DNA from: Camelus dromedarius
Lineage: Eukaryota
Assembly (NCBI RefSeq): GCF_036321535.1
Contig: NC_087436.1
Span: 45,262,001 to 45,326,000 of the forward strand
DNA length: 64,000 bases
Direction of reading: 5' to 3'
Positions 39,001 to 51,000 of the stretch are shown here, in pieces (the first letter of the stretch is position 1; every line of letters begins with the position of its first letter). A program made the translations under genes and the position numbers. The notes under the pieces are model-generated. The model was not told the DNA's origin, did no database searches, and was given only the letters and a program-made list of their open reading frames with translations.

Positions 39001-42000
39001 AATTCAGGAAGAATATATATTTGCCATCTACATGAAAGAAGTAATCCTTTGTTTTATAACTACTAAAATGTTTTTATAAATTGAGCTTTTACTAGCTCTC
39101 TTGGAGGATTTTATTGCAGTGGAATGTTTTTGGCTGTAAGTTTCATAGACCCAATACATAAACTGTTCATTGGCTCCTATAGGAGACATTCTCAGTACTC
39201 CATCCTTATCTGCTTGAATCTCTGTCATTTCTGTGCATCCCAGATTCCAATGTGCTTTCCCTGCCAACAGCCAGCACCTTGGTCTTTTTATCAGAGGACT
39301 GCCCTCTGGCTGCCTGAGTAAGGAAATCCAGAAGTTTCTGGAAATTTGTATCCTTGGGTGCAGCCCTCGGCCAGTGATAGGTGAGCATGAGAATGTTCTT
39401 TGCCCCATCTCCCAAGACCTCTGTGTAGCACTGTCTCCCTTCCCTTCAGGGTAGTTAACCCCAGACAGGACCTGCTTGGTGTTGCACCTTGGCTGCTTGA
39501 TGTCCCACTGCCCAACCCCCTACCAGCCTTTCCGAGAAGCACCTCCTAATGAGTCATTTTCACTTGAATGATCACCTCAGGGTCTGCTTATAGTGAAGCC
39601 AACCTAAGAACCATCATCCCTTGTAGCTTCTCAACAGACAGAAAAACAAGCTTTTTTTTTTTTTTTGTAAGTCACATCCTACCTACAGGTTTCATTCTCT
39701 TACTGCTCTGCTGATTTGGTGTCACCGTGTAGACTAGCATCTCACTCCTCCTCATCTTTCCCCAGTGTCCACCTGGCTGAAGCAGCAGAGCGTGCAGTGT
39801 CTGGATGCCCTATGTGCACAGTCAGGATTTCACATTTCCACTGTCTCCTCTGATGCCTGGTCTCCGGGACTAGGCTGTGCCTGAAAGTAGGCATAAGATA
39901 TACTACTAAGGTTGTGTGAAAAATACTACTCTGACATCTGTAAGAGTATGGTGAGATGAAAACAGATAGAGGGTTGAGGCTATTTCACTTGACAGTTTTG
40001 GAATCACTTACAGGAGCTAATCTAATCTGAGCAAAATAATAGATCTGAGAGTACAAAAGAAATGGAAATTACGTAAATGAAATGATAGAGTTTCTTATAT
40101 GTTATCAAAAATTCAAGAGTATCAGATTCATTTTTTAAAGGTATAATTCACTTTTTAAATATCTTACCATATAACAGTTTGTGGCAGTATAAATATGGCC
40201 AATCTAATTTTCACTAAGGAAACTGACTTTGGTTGCCCCAAGATAACACAGCTACTCCCATTCTTCACCCTTTTATTTTGAGTGGACTGCCAAAGACATG
40301 CAAGATTGTCCCATAGAGAATTCCCCCTGATGGAGATGTCAGACTGGCCCATTTCTAAGAGGTGGTTGAGGCCATACTGTTAAAACAGTAGTTTACACAT
40401 GTGTGGGCCATTTAGATTATAAAAAGTTTTTGGTCAGTAAAAATTTCCTAATCATGGAATATTTAAGCAGTGAGAAAAGAAGAGGCCATTCAGTTTATCG
40501 TACAATTGAACCTTGTGTACCAGACAGGAATATATCTGAACAGACAGCAGGTGAACACTGAGATTGGAGAAAAAGCTAATTCCTTACTGGGGGCATTAAG
40601 GCATATATTATGATCTAACTTTTTAATCAATTGAAAAATATGGAGGTGTCACTTTTGATATAATGTCTTTTTCTCTCTTATTTGTTCAGGATCTACTATA
40701 GATTTTTGTGAAATGTTCTCAACAGAAAAGCCCATGTTTTCTGGGTTTATTTTCCTATGCATATATAATGTGTAACTTTTTTTTACCAAAAAATGGAACA
40801 AGTAGATTGAAAATGATAAATGATCACTAAAAATCATGCATCTATGAATCTAAATTTTAGAAAAACTATCTGAAGGTTGAAACTAAAAAAATTAGAGAAA
40901 AGTGTAAATATTAATATAGTACCATGTTCTGAATCTTAATTAATGCACTTTAAAGATTTATTATAATTTTAAAAGTGATTTTAGATCTGATGATATGTTT
41001 AAGTTCCCTTGGTAATAAAATCTTTTGTTTGTGTGGAAAGGAATCCATAACCAAGGAACAGTTCTTAAAAATCCAATCAAACCAGTTTAAAAATGGTGTT
41101 GGTTGTGTCTTTGGTTTAAGTCAGTGCATATGTATGACAGAAGGGAAAACCACTGTGAAGCTTTCTTAATGGAAGTTTGTTTCTCAAGGAGGAAATATAT
41201 TTTTTAAAATTGCAGTGTCCAAAGACTATTAAATAGCAGTATTAAATATGGCCAATCTGATTTACTAGATCATAAGAGTAACTGTAAAAAAAAAGTTTAA
41301 CAGAATGATCTCAGAAATTACTATGTGATTTTTGTAATTGAATTATCACCTGATAACAAATCAGTTCCATGTTTCAAATCACATACTATGAAAAGCAAAG
41401 AGTGAAAAACAAAGAAGTTTTCTCCATCATAATCTTTCCTCTCCAAAATAAAGAAAAGATAAAGAAGGATATACAGATACTCCCTGATTGATCTCATTTG
41501 ATCTAAGAACTCACATTTTCTTTTGTTTTGGCAAGAACTATTAATTTTCAGAACTTGCCTCACAGCAAGATTCCCAGTTTCTCTGAATTTTATTTACTGT
41601 GGGAGAGCTGAGTGTCTGAGGTTTCCAGGAGGAGAAACTGGTCACGGTTTCAACAAGGTGAGCACCACGGGCTTTCTTGATGCTTCTCCAGTTCAGGTGC
41701 CCACTAGTATCTTGGAAGCAGCCAATTTAATAATTCTGAGTGCTCTTCATTTTTGATACCTTCGACAGAAAGTGTTTTGGCAGTCCGAATTTTTGTTAGT
41801 GTGAGTGTGTTCCCAAAGCCCTGAATTGGAAGCCAGAAAAGAGGTTCTATTCCTGCAGCATGGAGTACGTGTCGTAAAATGGGTTTATAAATCTATAAAG
41901 ATCTTTCAGGTCTCTAGAAGTATTGCTATGATCCCTATAGAACAAGATGAGAACCATACTCTGAAAGGAGATGGTCCTCTGCAAATTCGTCCTATTGTAT

Positions 42001-45000
42001 TCCCAGCACATTATTATTTAATTGGAAATTTTAGCTCCACCCAATCTTTGGAATATTGAACACCTGCCTCCAGCCCACAGTCACTCTCCTAGTGCAGACC
42101 CCCATCAACTCCACCATCTCTCACATGCGCCACTTGCTACAGTAGCATCCTAACTGTCCTCCCAGCTTCCACTCTTGTCCCACCTGATCTGTCTGCCATA
42201 GTGCAGCCAGAGGGGAACTTGGAAAAATGCATACTGATCCTGCCAGTTCTCTCCTTAACATCCTTGAATTTGCACACACAGTTGTTCAAAGTCTTTAGCA
42301 TGGTCTTCATGCCTGGCCCCTGCCTTCCTCTCTGAGTTCATCTCCCGTCACTTTCCCCAGTGCTCTCTGTTATCCAGTTCATGGAGCCAGATTGCCTGCA
42401 TTCAAACCAAGGATTCATCACTTACACTCTGTGCCTTGAATAAGTGACTTAATCATTTTCTGCCTAAATTTCTCCATTATAATAAAATACTCTAAAGTAC
42501 TTAAAATAGTGCTAGCTACTTAATAAATGCTCAATAAGTATTGCCTATTATATGTAGAATGCTTCTTTTAAACTTTAGGGCCTTCATACCTGCTGCCGTT
42601 TCTGTTTCGACAATCCGGACAGTCATCCCCTACATCAGTTTATTCTGCTTAAATATCACTTCCTCAAGTAAGAAAGTCTTCCTCCCTACTCTGCGCACCT
42701 CCTGCCCTACCAATTAATTCAGGCTCAGCCTATCAGTGGACACATATAGCAGGACAGAATAATTACTCTGAAACTTCCAAATGGAAACTTGTTTTGCAAG
42801 AGAACAATGTTTTTAAACTTTAATATCCAAAGGCTCTAGTGGTATTAAAATTAGCCAGTCTGATTTGCTAGCACGTAAGACAATAACCATAAAAGAACCC
42901 ATTTGTGGTTATTAAACACTTCCTGAGGTACCTTTTCCACAGCCTATGAGTCTCCTTCCTCACGTTACTCTAATTGATACTGAATAATTGATCTTGTGAT
43001 GATTTATATATAAGTGACTATGAAGTAAATGAGACAATGAGACCATTGAAAAAGAGAGAAAGAGGGTGAAGGGTCTTTTCAGTGGAAATCAGGAGGCAGA
43101 AATTAGACGCTGGAGTGTGGTAGGTACAAAATCCTCTCCAACCGAACCAAGTGTTAAGAAGTTGAAAGACAATAAAAATCGGTATGAGTGACACCAGAAT
43201 GATGTCCAGGGGACCAGTGATGCACTATGTTTCTCCCGTTTAGCCAGGATGCAGTCTAGGAGCGGGGCTGAGCTGTGTAACAGGGGTCTGAGATGACATC
43301 CACCCAGGTTACTGTGGCCAAGCCCAGGGGCCAGGAGTCCTGAGATCCTGATTTTGTTCTCTTCATTTGGGAGCAGCTGACATGCCAGGAATGTGTACAA
43401 AAACAACAGTTTAGTTATAGGGATGGTGATAGTATTAATACTCCTGTACAAGGGTATTCATACAGTGTGATAACACTGGCTATGTTGCACATGTTTTGCC
43501 AGTTTTTACAATATTTGAAATGCTCTTTAAAATCTGGCAAATTAGGGGAAATGACATTGGATTTGTAATTTCAATTGAAATTCTTAGAGTCCCTTAACTC
43601 AGTAGTCATGTTCAAATGTCTACAAAAGCCTGAATTTGTGAAGTTAAAGGTTTGAATGTGTTGAAAATGCCCAAGAAATTTGACATGCTGTATTTATGAA
43701 TTTTAATTTGTTAGATTCATACAAACGTATAAGAAAGTATTTTTAAAAATTAGATTTGTGAATCTGTGTCTTTAGGTGTTTGTATTTTGAAATTATAAAT
43801 GGAATTTAATTAAGTTTTAAGTAGTGATGTTCTTAATGATATATGCAAAAGAATTTGATTGAGTTTGTAATTGATGTTTAAAAGTTCAGGAGAATTTCAT
43901 TTGAGCATTGCAAATAAAAACATGGTTAATCAAAAACCTGAAAAACTGCTGTTGAAAAGCCACAGTCCCCTCCACCCTTCCCACAGGCCAGCTTCTCTCT
44001 CAAAATATCCCCTTTTAAATGCTTCTGGTTTTAGTTCTTCTGATGTCTAATTCTGTAACTCTAATATACCGCTATATTTTTTTAGATAGTATTTCTAAAC
44101 TCAACCATGAGAGGGTGATTTAGTTTATTAACACTATTTTCTCTTCCATTCCCCCTTTAAAAATCAAATTTTGATATAGTACTATTAGACTTTCTATAGG
44201 TTACAATTATTCCTTCGAATAATATACTCATACTATCATTTCTTGCTTTATAAATTTTAGTATTGCTAGTCTCTCCTAACTGTAAAATGAGGGTATCCTG
44301 TGCAGTGCTGGTAAATGCTTAACAGCTGGCTCTCAGGGAGGGTAGGGGTGGGAGATGGAACGTAGTATTTGCTGATTCCCATTAAGTCACATCGTAACCA
44401 ATTTCAAACTACCAGCATGATGTCACTGAGTTGGGATTAGAGCCGCTGAATCAGTATCCTGACACTTGTCTTCCACCTTTTCTTCCTCTTCTACGTCCTT
44501 TCTTCTGTCAGCTATTTTTTCTTGATAAGACTGTTTATGTTTACAATCTACTCGGCCACCATAACAGAAGTTTTACATATGTTATCCATTGGTTGATTAT
44601 AAAAGGTAAAAGACAGTAAGTAACATTTACAAAATTATACTATATACATATTGTTGGCTAAGAAGTGTGTTGGAGTTATTTCCTTCTCTATGGTCTGATT
44701 TCATGGCCCTTACGTCACTTAAATAAAATTTTGCAATAACACACTAACATAAGGGTCAAATGGACTCCTTTTTCTTATACTTTATCAATGACATAAAATC
44801 ACTCTACCTGCTTCCTATCTTTGGATCACAGTTTTTTATAAACAGCTTTAATTTTGTTTTTTTCGTATTTTCTTCTGTGTAGTTGACCAAACTTCACCAC
44901 CTCCTCAAGTTTTCCCATCTTCCCAGTCATACTCTCTTCCTCACGGCACCGTGAGCCCGCTGGATCGCTTTTGGTCTGTGTTTCCTTTCAGGCTCTCCTA

Positions 45001-48000
45001 GGTTGGATGCACTGTTTTCCTGGATCTCATGTCTTCCTCTTTTTTGATTTACTCTTATTTTTTCTCTTCCTCCTGCAGTCCCCTTGGAGTGCAGCCTTAG
45101 TAACTTTCTAAGCACTGCTGTGTGGAATGCATATTCTGGAGCTGCGTATCAGAAAATGTCTTTACTGTGCTTTTGTATTTGGTTTAGGGAACTGGGTAGA
45201 GAATTGGAGACTGAAAATATGCTTTGCATCTACATTCTAGATGATTGCTCCATTTTCTTCTTGTGTTCAGGGTTGTTGTGGAGAAATCTAATGCCACACT
45301 AACTCCTGTGTGCTTGTTTTCTGAAATGTCATGAGGATGTAGCTCGGTATGTGGGGTTTTTTTCCTTTTTGTACTGTGTAGTCAGTGAGCCTTTTAATCC
45401 GAATCCTTATGTCCTTTATTCTTTGATATATTTTACTCCTTAAGTTTCTCTGTTTTCTTTTCTGAGAGACTTCTATTAGTTGGGTGCTAGATCTTCCACA
45501 TTTGTCTTCTTTCATATTTACCAGTTTTGTGTGTTTTTGTCCTGTATTTTTAGAGAATTTCCCAAATTTATTTCTTGTTGGTCTATTAATTTTTTTGACA
45601 ACCAAAAATTTAACCTTTTAGGGCTCTTTTACATTTTCAGTTTGTCCTTTCAGAGACATTCTGCTCTTCATTAATGAGTATAATAGCTTCTTTGACCTCT
45701 GAATATATTTCATAAATTTATTTTTATTTCAATTATTTTTCTTATAGAGACAAGTTTTTTGTTTGTTCATGTGAGATTTTGCTTTTTATGCTTTTAGATT
45801 TTTTCATGTGTCTTGTGATCCCTGACTGTTCATTCGCATATGAGAAAGAAGGACTGAATTGATTATTCTTGTTGTCTTGTATGTAACCTCTGTACTGTTG
45901 AGAAGGGAAGCGTATTTTTGAAACCGACTTCTCTGCTGAACAGGAAGTCTGACTAGGGGCTCTGTGCCTGTGTGAGGGGAGCTGGCAGCTCCAGCCCATC
46001 CATCCTACAAACGCCATAAGGAGGAAAGCTGTACTCTGGGTGTCCCAACCAAATGGAAATCCTTAGCTCTTCTCCACTGTTTCAGTCGATTTCTTTAGGA
46101 AAAAAAGCCCTCTGGATTTTTGCCTTGAGTCATTGCCAGACTTCTGAGAGCTCTGTGCAGAGGAAAGAATGGCTGTTGATGAAGGGAAGTGGGGAGTGAG
46201 GGGTCTGCCTGCCACAACTGTCCTGAGTCCAGACTTCAAATTAATTGCCCTGTTTCCCCCCTCACTTCTCGCTCCTGCCTTCTACTCTGAGTGCTGACAC
46301 CGAGCCCAGAGCCTGTCTAGGAATAGGGAAAATCAGCTTCCACCTCTGCTTAAGTTCCTTTCTAACTGACTGCATGTTCCTCAGTTTGTTTTCTGTCTAT
46401 CTTCCTCCCTCTGCTTTTCATCTTCTAGAATTCTATGATGCATGTAGCCCTTTCTCTCTATTTTCTTTACTTTTATGAGTTTCTTTCTTTTAGTACTTCT
46501 ATTTCCTTATTTGGTGATTTCTGGGAAGGATAGGACTGGCGTGTATGTGCTCCATCCACCATTTGGAACCTGGAGAAAACTGAGTTATTTCTGGATGCCT
46601 TTGTTTCTCTAAAGACACTATGCTTTTTAGTCAGGTGCTAAAGGGCAAGGTATAAGTGAATGGCCAGTATTTCCGTAAAATTTCTGCTTTTCTCTTGAAA
46701 TGCATTATAGATCCTTACCCAAAAACTGAATATGGCTCGGAAGCATTGGCTTTTGAGTCCAACAGAAAGCGTTTCTGTGTGATAGTCCTCGTGTTTTCCA
46801 CATTAAGTACAGGATAACCCATCTGATTGGTCCAGGTGTCCATTACTTCTTTCACTGGTAGGTTACTTGCCTAAGATTTTTTTAATGGATAATGATTAAA
46901 CAACAAATAAGGGGGAAATAAAAGGATAGAATAATCAGATAAAGAAATGATTGGTAAGTCATTTGTTAATTAAAGAAACATTTTGAGGATATACTCCTCC
47001 TTACCTCTTCAAGTGCTTCCCAAAAATCTGAAGTTCTTGCATTCTTAAATTCATGTTTTTTCAAATAATTCTGTATGTGAAAGATAACAAGTATTTCAGA
47101 AGTCAATGTTTGTTTTTCCCATACTTCCACAACATGAGCTGAACCTTTCAACATATTTCGCTATATTAATGTATAATATAGCGACTGTAGGTAGAAAGAA
47201 AATCAAATGATACACTGTATGCAAAACATTTTATAACCTACAAAAACACTGTACAAACAATGATTTATTTGGAAAGCATAAGGACATTTTTTCTTATTAA
47301 TGAGATACTTTATTCTTTTTTAAGTAATGGAATTATAAACAGAAGACTTTATAATTTATGAGTTTAATTTTTTCAGGACAGGCAATGTAAGATACTTAAG
47401 TACAGTCAAATGATTAGCAAACAGCCAACAGTCCATAACACTTTTGATCCACTAGGAGAAGAGACTGTAATTCCATGATTCTCAATTTGTGGTGTTAACC
47501 TGTCCACCACTGGCTCATCCCCTACCTTCATTTAGACCAGTGGTGTTTCCTTATCTCAGACATCAGATGACCCCATCGCACAGGAGCGATTGAGGTGATA
47601 CGTAAAGATAAAACCCGTGAGCGTGGCTCTAAGCCAGGGCTTAGCAACCTTTTTCTGTAAAAAGCTGTACAGTAAAGATCTGAAGTGTCGTGGGCCATGT
47701 AGTCTCTGTCGTAGCTACTCAGCTGTCCCTCCATAGCACAAACGCAGCCAAATGAATCAGCGTGTCTGTCTTCCAATCAAGGGTTACTTCTGCACACTGC
47801 TATTTGAATTCCATACAACTTTCACCTGTCATAAAATCTTCTTTTGATTTTTTTCCAACTGTTCAAAAATGTAGAAGCGATTTTGTTTGCAGGCCTTAGG
47901 ATAATGGGTGGTGGGTGGGATTTGACCCTCAAGCATGAGTAGTTTCAGACTCCTGCTCTAAATAAATGAATATACAGCCTTTTGAATAACAGTAATCATG

Positions 48001-51000
48001 ATCATGATGATGATGATAGATAAATTGGGGAAATTATTCACTTTAAAGAGTAAGTCTTCATTCTTCAAATATTTTAGAAATATAAAATTTTAACAAGAAG
48101 TCTCCCCCTTTTGTCAAGTCTGGTCACAAAATGTCTCTATATAGGAGTTTTCAGGTATAATGTGATATATATCTCCAGAGAAAATTCTCAGTCTTCTCCT
48201 TATCTCTTAAGTGCGCACTACTTGGGGTTCTCCAGGAAAACTACCAAAATTCCTGCTGTACATTCCTCTGTTATGCTCCAGAATTGTCCTACTTAAAATG
48301 TGGAGGTCTTTAATAGAAATAGAACCTTCTTATGTGTTCTTTGAACCTTCAAAGAAAGTAACCAGTGGTTGACTTTGCACATATCATTTTCACTGTAAGT
48401 TGCTATAATTTTCAGGAGGTGCTGTACCTAAGTTACACTATTTTCTAAATTCCTCTTCTTTTCAGGCATAGAGAGATAAAACAATATTAGCAGGAGTGCT
48501 CCAAGATGCCTGGGAGAGGGTTGAGGCCAGTTTGTAATGCTGCCTTCATATTTGTTCTTTTGATGGGTTCACTGCTCAGCGCTGCCACTGGAGGGCAGGC
48601 GAAGGAAGGGAGAAGAGATGAAAGGCACATGTTCTATGTCAAATCTAGACATTCATTCCAGAGTTTTGCACAGATCATTCATTCCATCTCAGTAAAATAA
48701 TTGGATTCTTGGAATAGTAATAATTTTAATCATAGCTACTTGTTAGTGATAATTTCTAATTAATGTATCTTCTTAAAATTAATTTAGAGGTTTCCTTGTA
48801 TATTCACAATATCTTGTACTTACAAACATGCAATCTTGGAACTGGAAGGGAACTTAAATACTATTTTATACAACCCCCACATTTTAGGGGTGAAGGAAAC
48901 TGGTGCCTAAAGAGGGTAAGAGATTTGCCTGAGATTACTGTGAAGAGACTTCTGAATCCAGGATCAGTTTGTGTGGTTTTCCACACTGTTATTATTGTTA
49001 CTGTTTTTTAAATTACAGCTTCTTGCTTCTCCTGAGGTAGAGGCTCATATAAACAGTATATTCAAAGGTACTATTTTTTTTTTTGTCTATATTAGTGCAT
49101 TTGAATATTCTGTATTAAGAAATTTCCTTCTTCACCTTGAATAATCACAATGTAGTCACTCCAGTCAAAAGTTCATGATAACCTAGGTCCCCCAGTAATA
49201 GTCCCTCATTAGTTGGTATCAGTGAGGACAAATGGAAAAGAACAATGCTTCTATTACTAGTATCTCAGGAAGGGAAAGGACATTTTCCAGCCTAGCCATT
49301 CCTGTCTTTTCAGGAATACTACTGATACTAGGAGAAAAAGAAAGGATGGATATATTTCTCAGCTTCTATTTCGTGGCCAGCATTGTTATCAATACGCCAT
49401 TTTCTAATATGCTTTTTAAGTACAATCACAGACTGAAAGATTTTCTAATTGATGGGTTTGCTCTTATTTCCCTACATTCTGCACCTACTTGGCTGCCTGA
49501 GGTTTGGGGGAAGGTGATGAACATGAAAGGGAACAGACAATTGGCCACCCCCAGAGTTAATGCCACACCACTTGAGCTAACTGTCACTTTTGATAGAAAG
49601 TTAGTATTTACAAGGGAAAATATCTTGAACAATGTCACACATTGTGGGATTTAGGGGAGCAATCATTGCATGATGATGAATCAAGGAGGGGTATATTGTA
49701 TTCATTTGCAAATATATGAAGGAATGCTCCACTTGGTGTGAGAGCTTATTGAGTGTGCCCTATGTGCCCTATGATCATATGCTATTTGCAGATATTAGCT
49801 AGTGTTTGAAGTTTGGAGGCAAATAATGAGAGTTTCAGTGTCTTTTTGTGAATGAATTCCATAGCACTGTAATGGTATGAAAATTAATATCTATTCATTC
49901 TAATTCAGTTTCTAGCACCATCTGTAGTCACAGTTAGGTTGAAGGAAGACAGTTTAACTTGAGAAATGTTAGTTTTAGACAGGACTGGGTTTTTAATTAA
50001 TTATACCACAGATACTGGGCTAAATGAAATGGGAGAGTATTACTGAATTATTAGAATAGATATTCATTTTTAAAGACTCTTTTGGTACTTCTCAAAAAAA
50101 GTTCATATGAAAAATGATTTAATCTGAAGTCAGCTTTGAAGACTCCAAGAATGTATTATTCATCAGTTTAACTTAGAATAAAAACTGTGAAAAGGATATT
50201 TTAACTTAATTTTTAAAAAGGAATTGTCTTTGTTTATTTTTGTATTCTGTGTTATTTATTGTAAACTATTCACTCACTCATTCTTTCACTGCAGAAGTAT
50301 TTTATAGCTCTTCTAACATCTGTAACGCATGCTACTAGGCACTAGAGTATATGCAAAGATACAGAAGGCACAGTTCCTCACTAAAGGTGCTTTCATTTAG
50401 AGAAGATATGACATTTGAGTTTGAAGCTGATGGAAAGTTTACAGGATATTCTAATGTACATGTAAGAGCAAGCACATAGCTTCTTCCTTTCTACCTAATG
50501 TCAACACAGAATATTTTATTAATGGACAAAAGGAGTAAAATGGACTGATATGTTCCCTGAATATTTCCTAAATCCTGGTCTTATTTCTTACTTTAATAGT
50601 AGCCTAGGAATTTAAGTATTTGGTAAAAGGGGACTGTTCCCTTTTAAAGGTATCACAGAGAGTACTAATTGCCACATAAGAAGACCTGATGGTCATTAGA
50701 GTTTTAGGAATGATGGGCAGGCATTGTCTCGGGGAAATCACATCCAAAGAAAGTACTGGTACCCTTTGGGAAAGCTAGCAGGGCACTGCTCTGACCTGCT
50801 TTCTATTTTATGGGCTGGACACTATCAACACTACTTTGCCTACCTACCTGTCACAGCAGGGAGGATGGAGATGGAAGGGAAAGAGTAGGAAGACAGTTCC
50901 ATCTTTAGGCTGCAACAGGGCCAACCTGCAGGCAGGACAGTTACAGAGACACAAGGTAGCAATGGTGCTAATATAAAACCCTGAGAGAATTGGCTTAGGT

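Noticed and set aside
41520..42060. Coding-looking segment, possible processed pseudogene
   Set aside because: The frames I translated hit stops and matched nothing I recognise; no polyA or TSD seen. BLASTX would settle it.
47156..47186. Superficial loxP-like look of the palindrome (TTCG..TATA..ATGTA)
   Set aside because: Arm sequence and spacer length (5 vs 8 nt) do not fit loxP; kept only as an inverted repeat.
49232..49654. 140-aa ORF antisense in intron 8
   Set aside because: No recognisable homology; length is within chance range for six frames of 64 kb.
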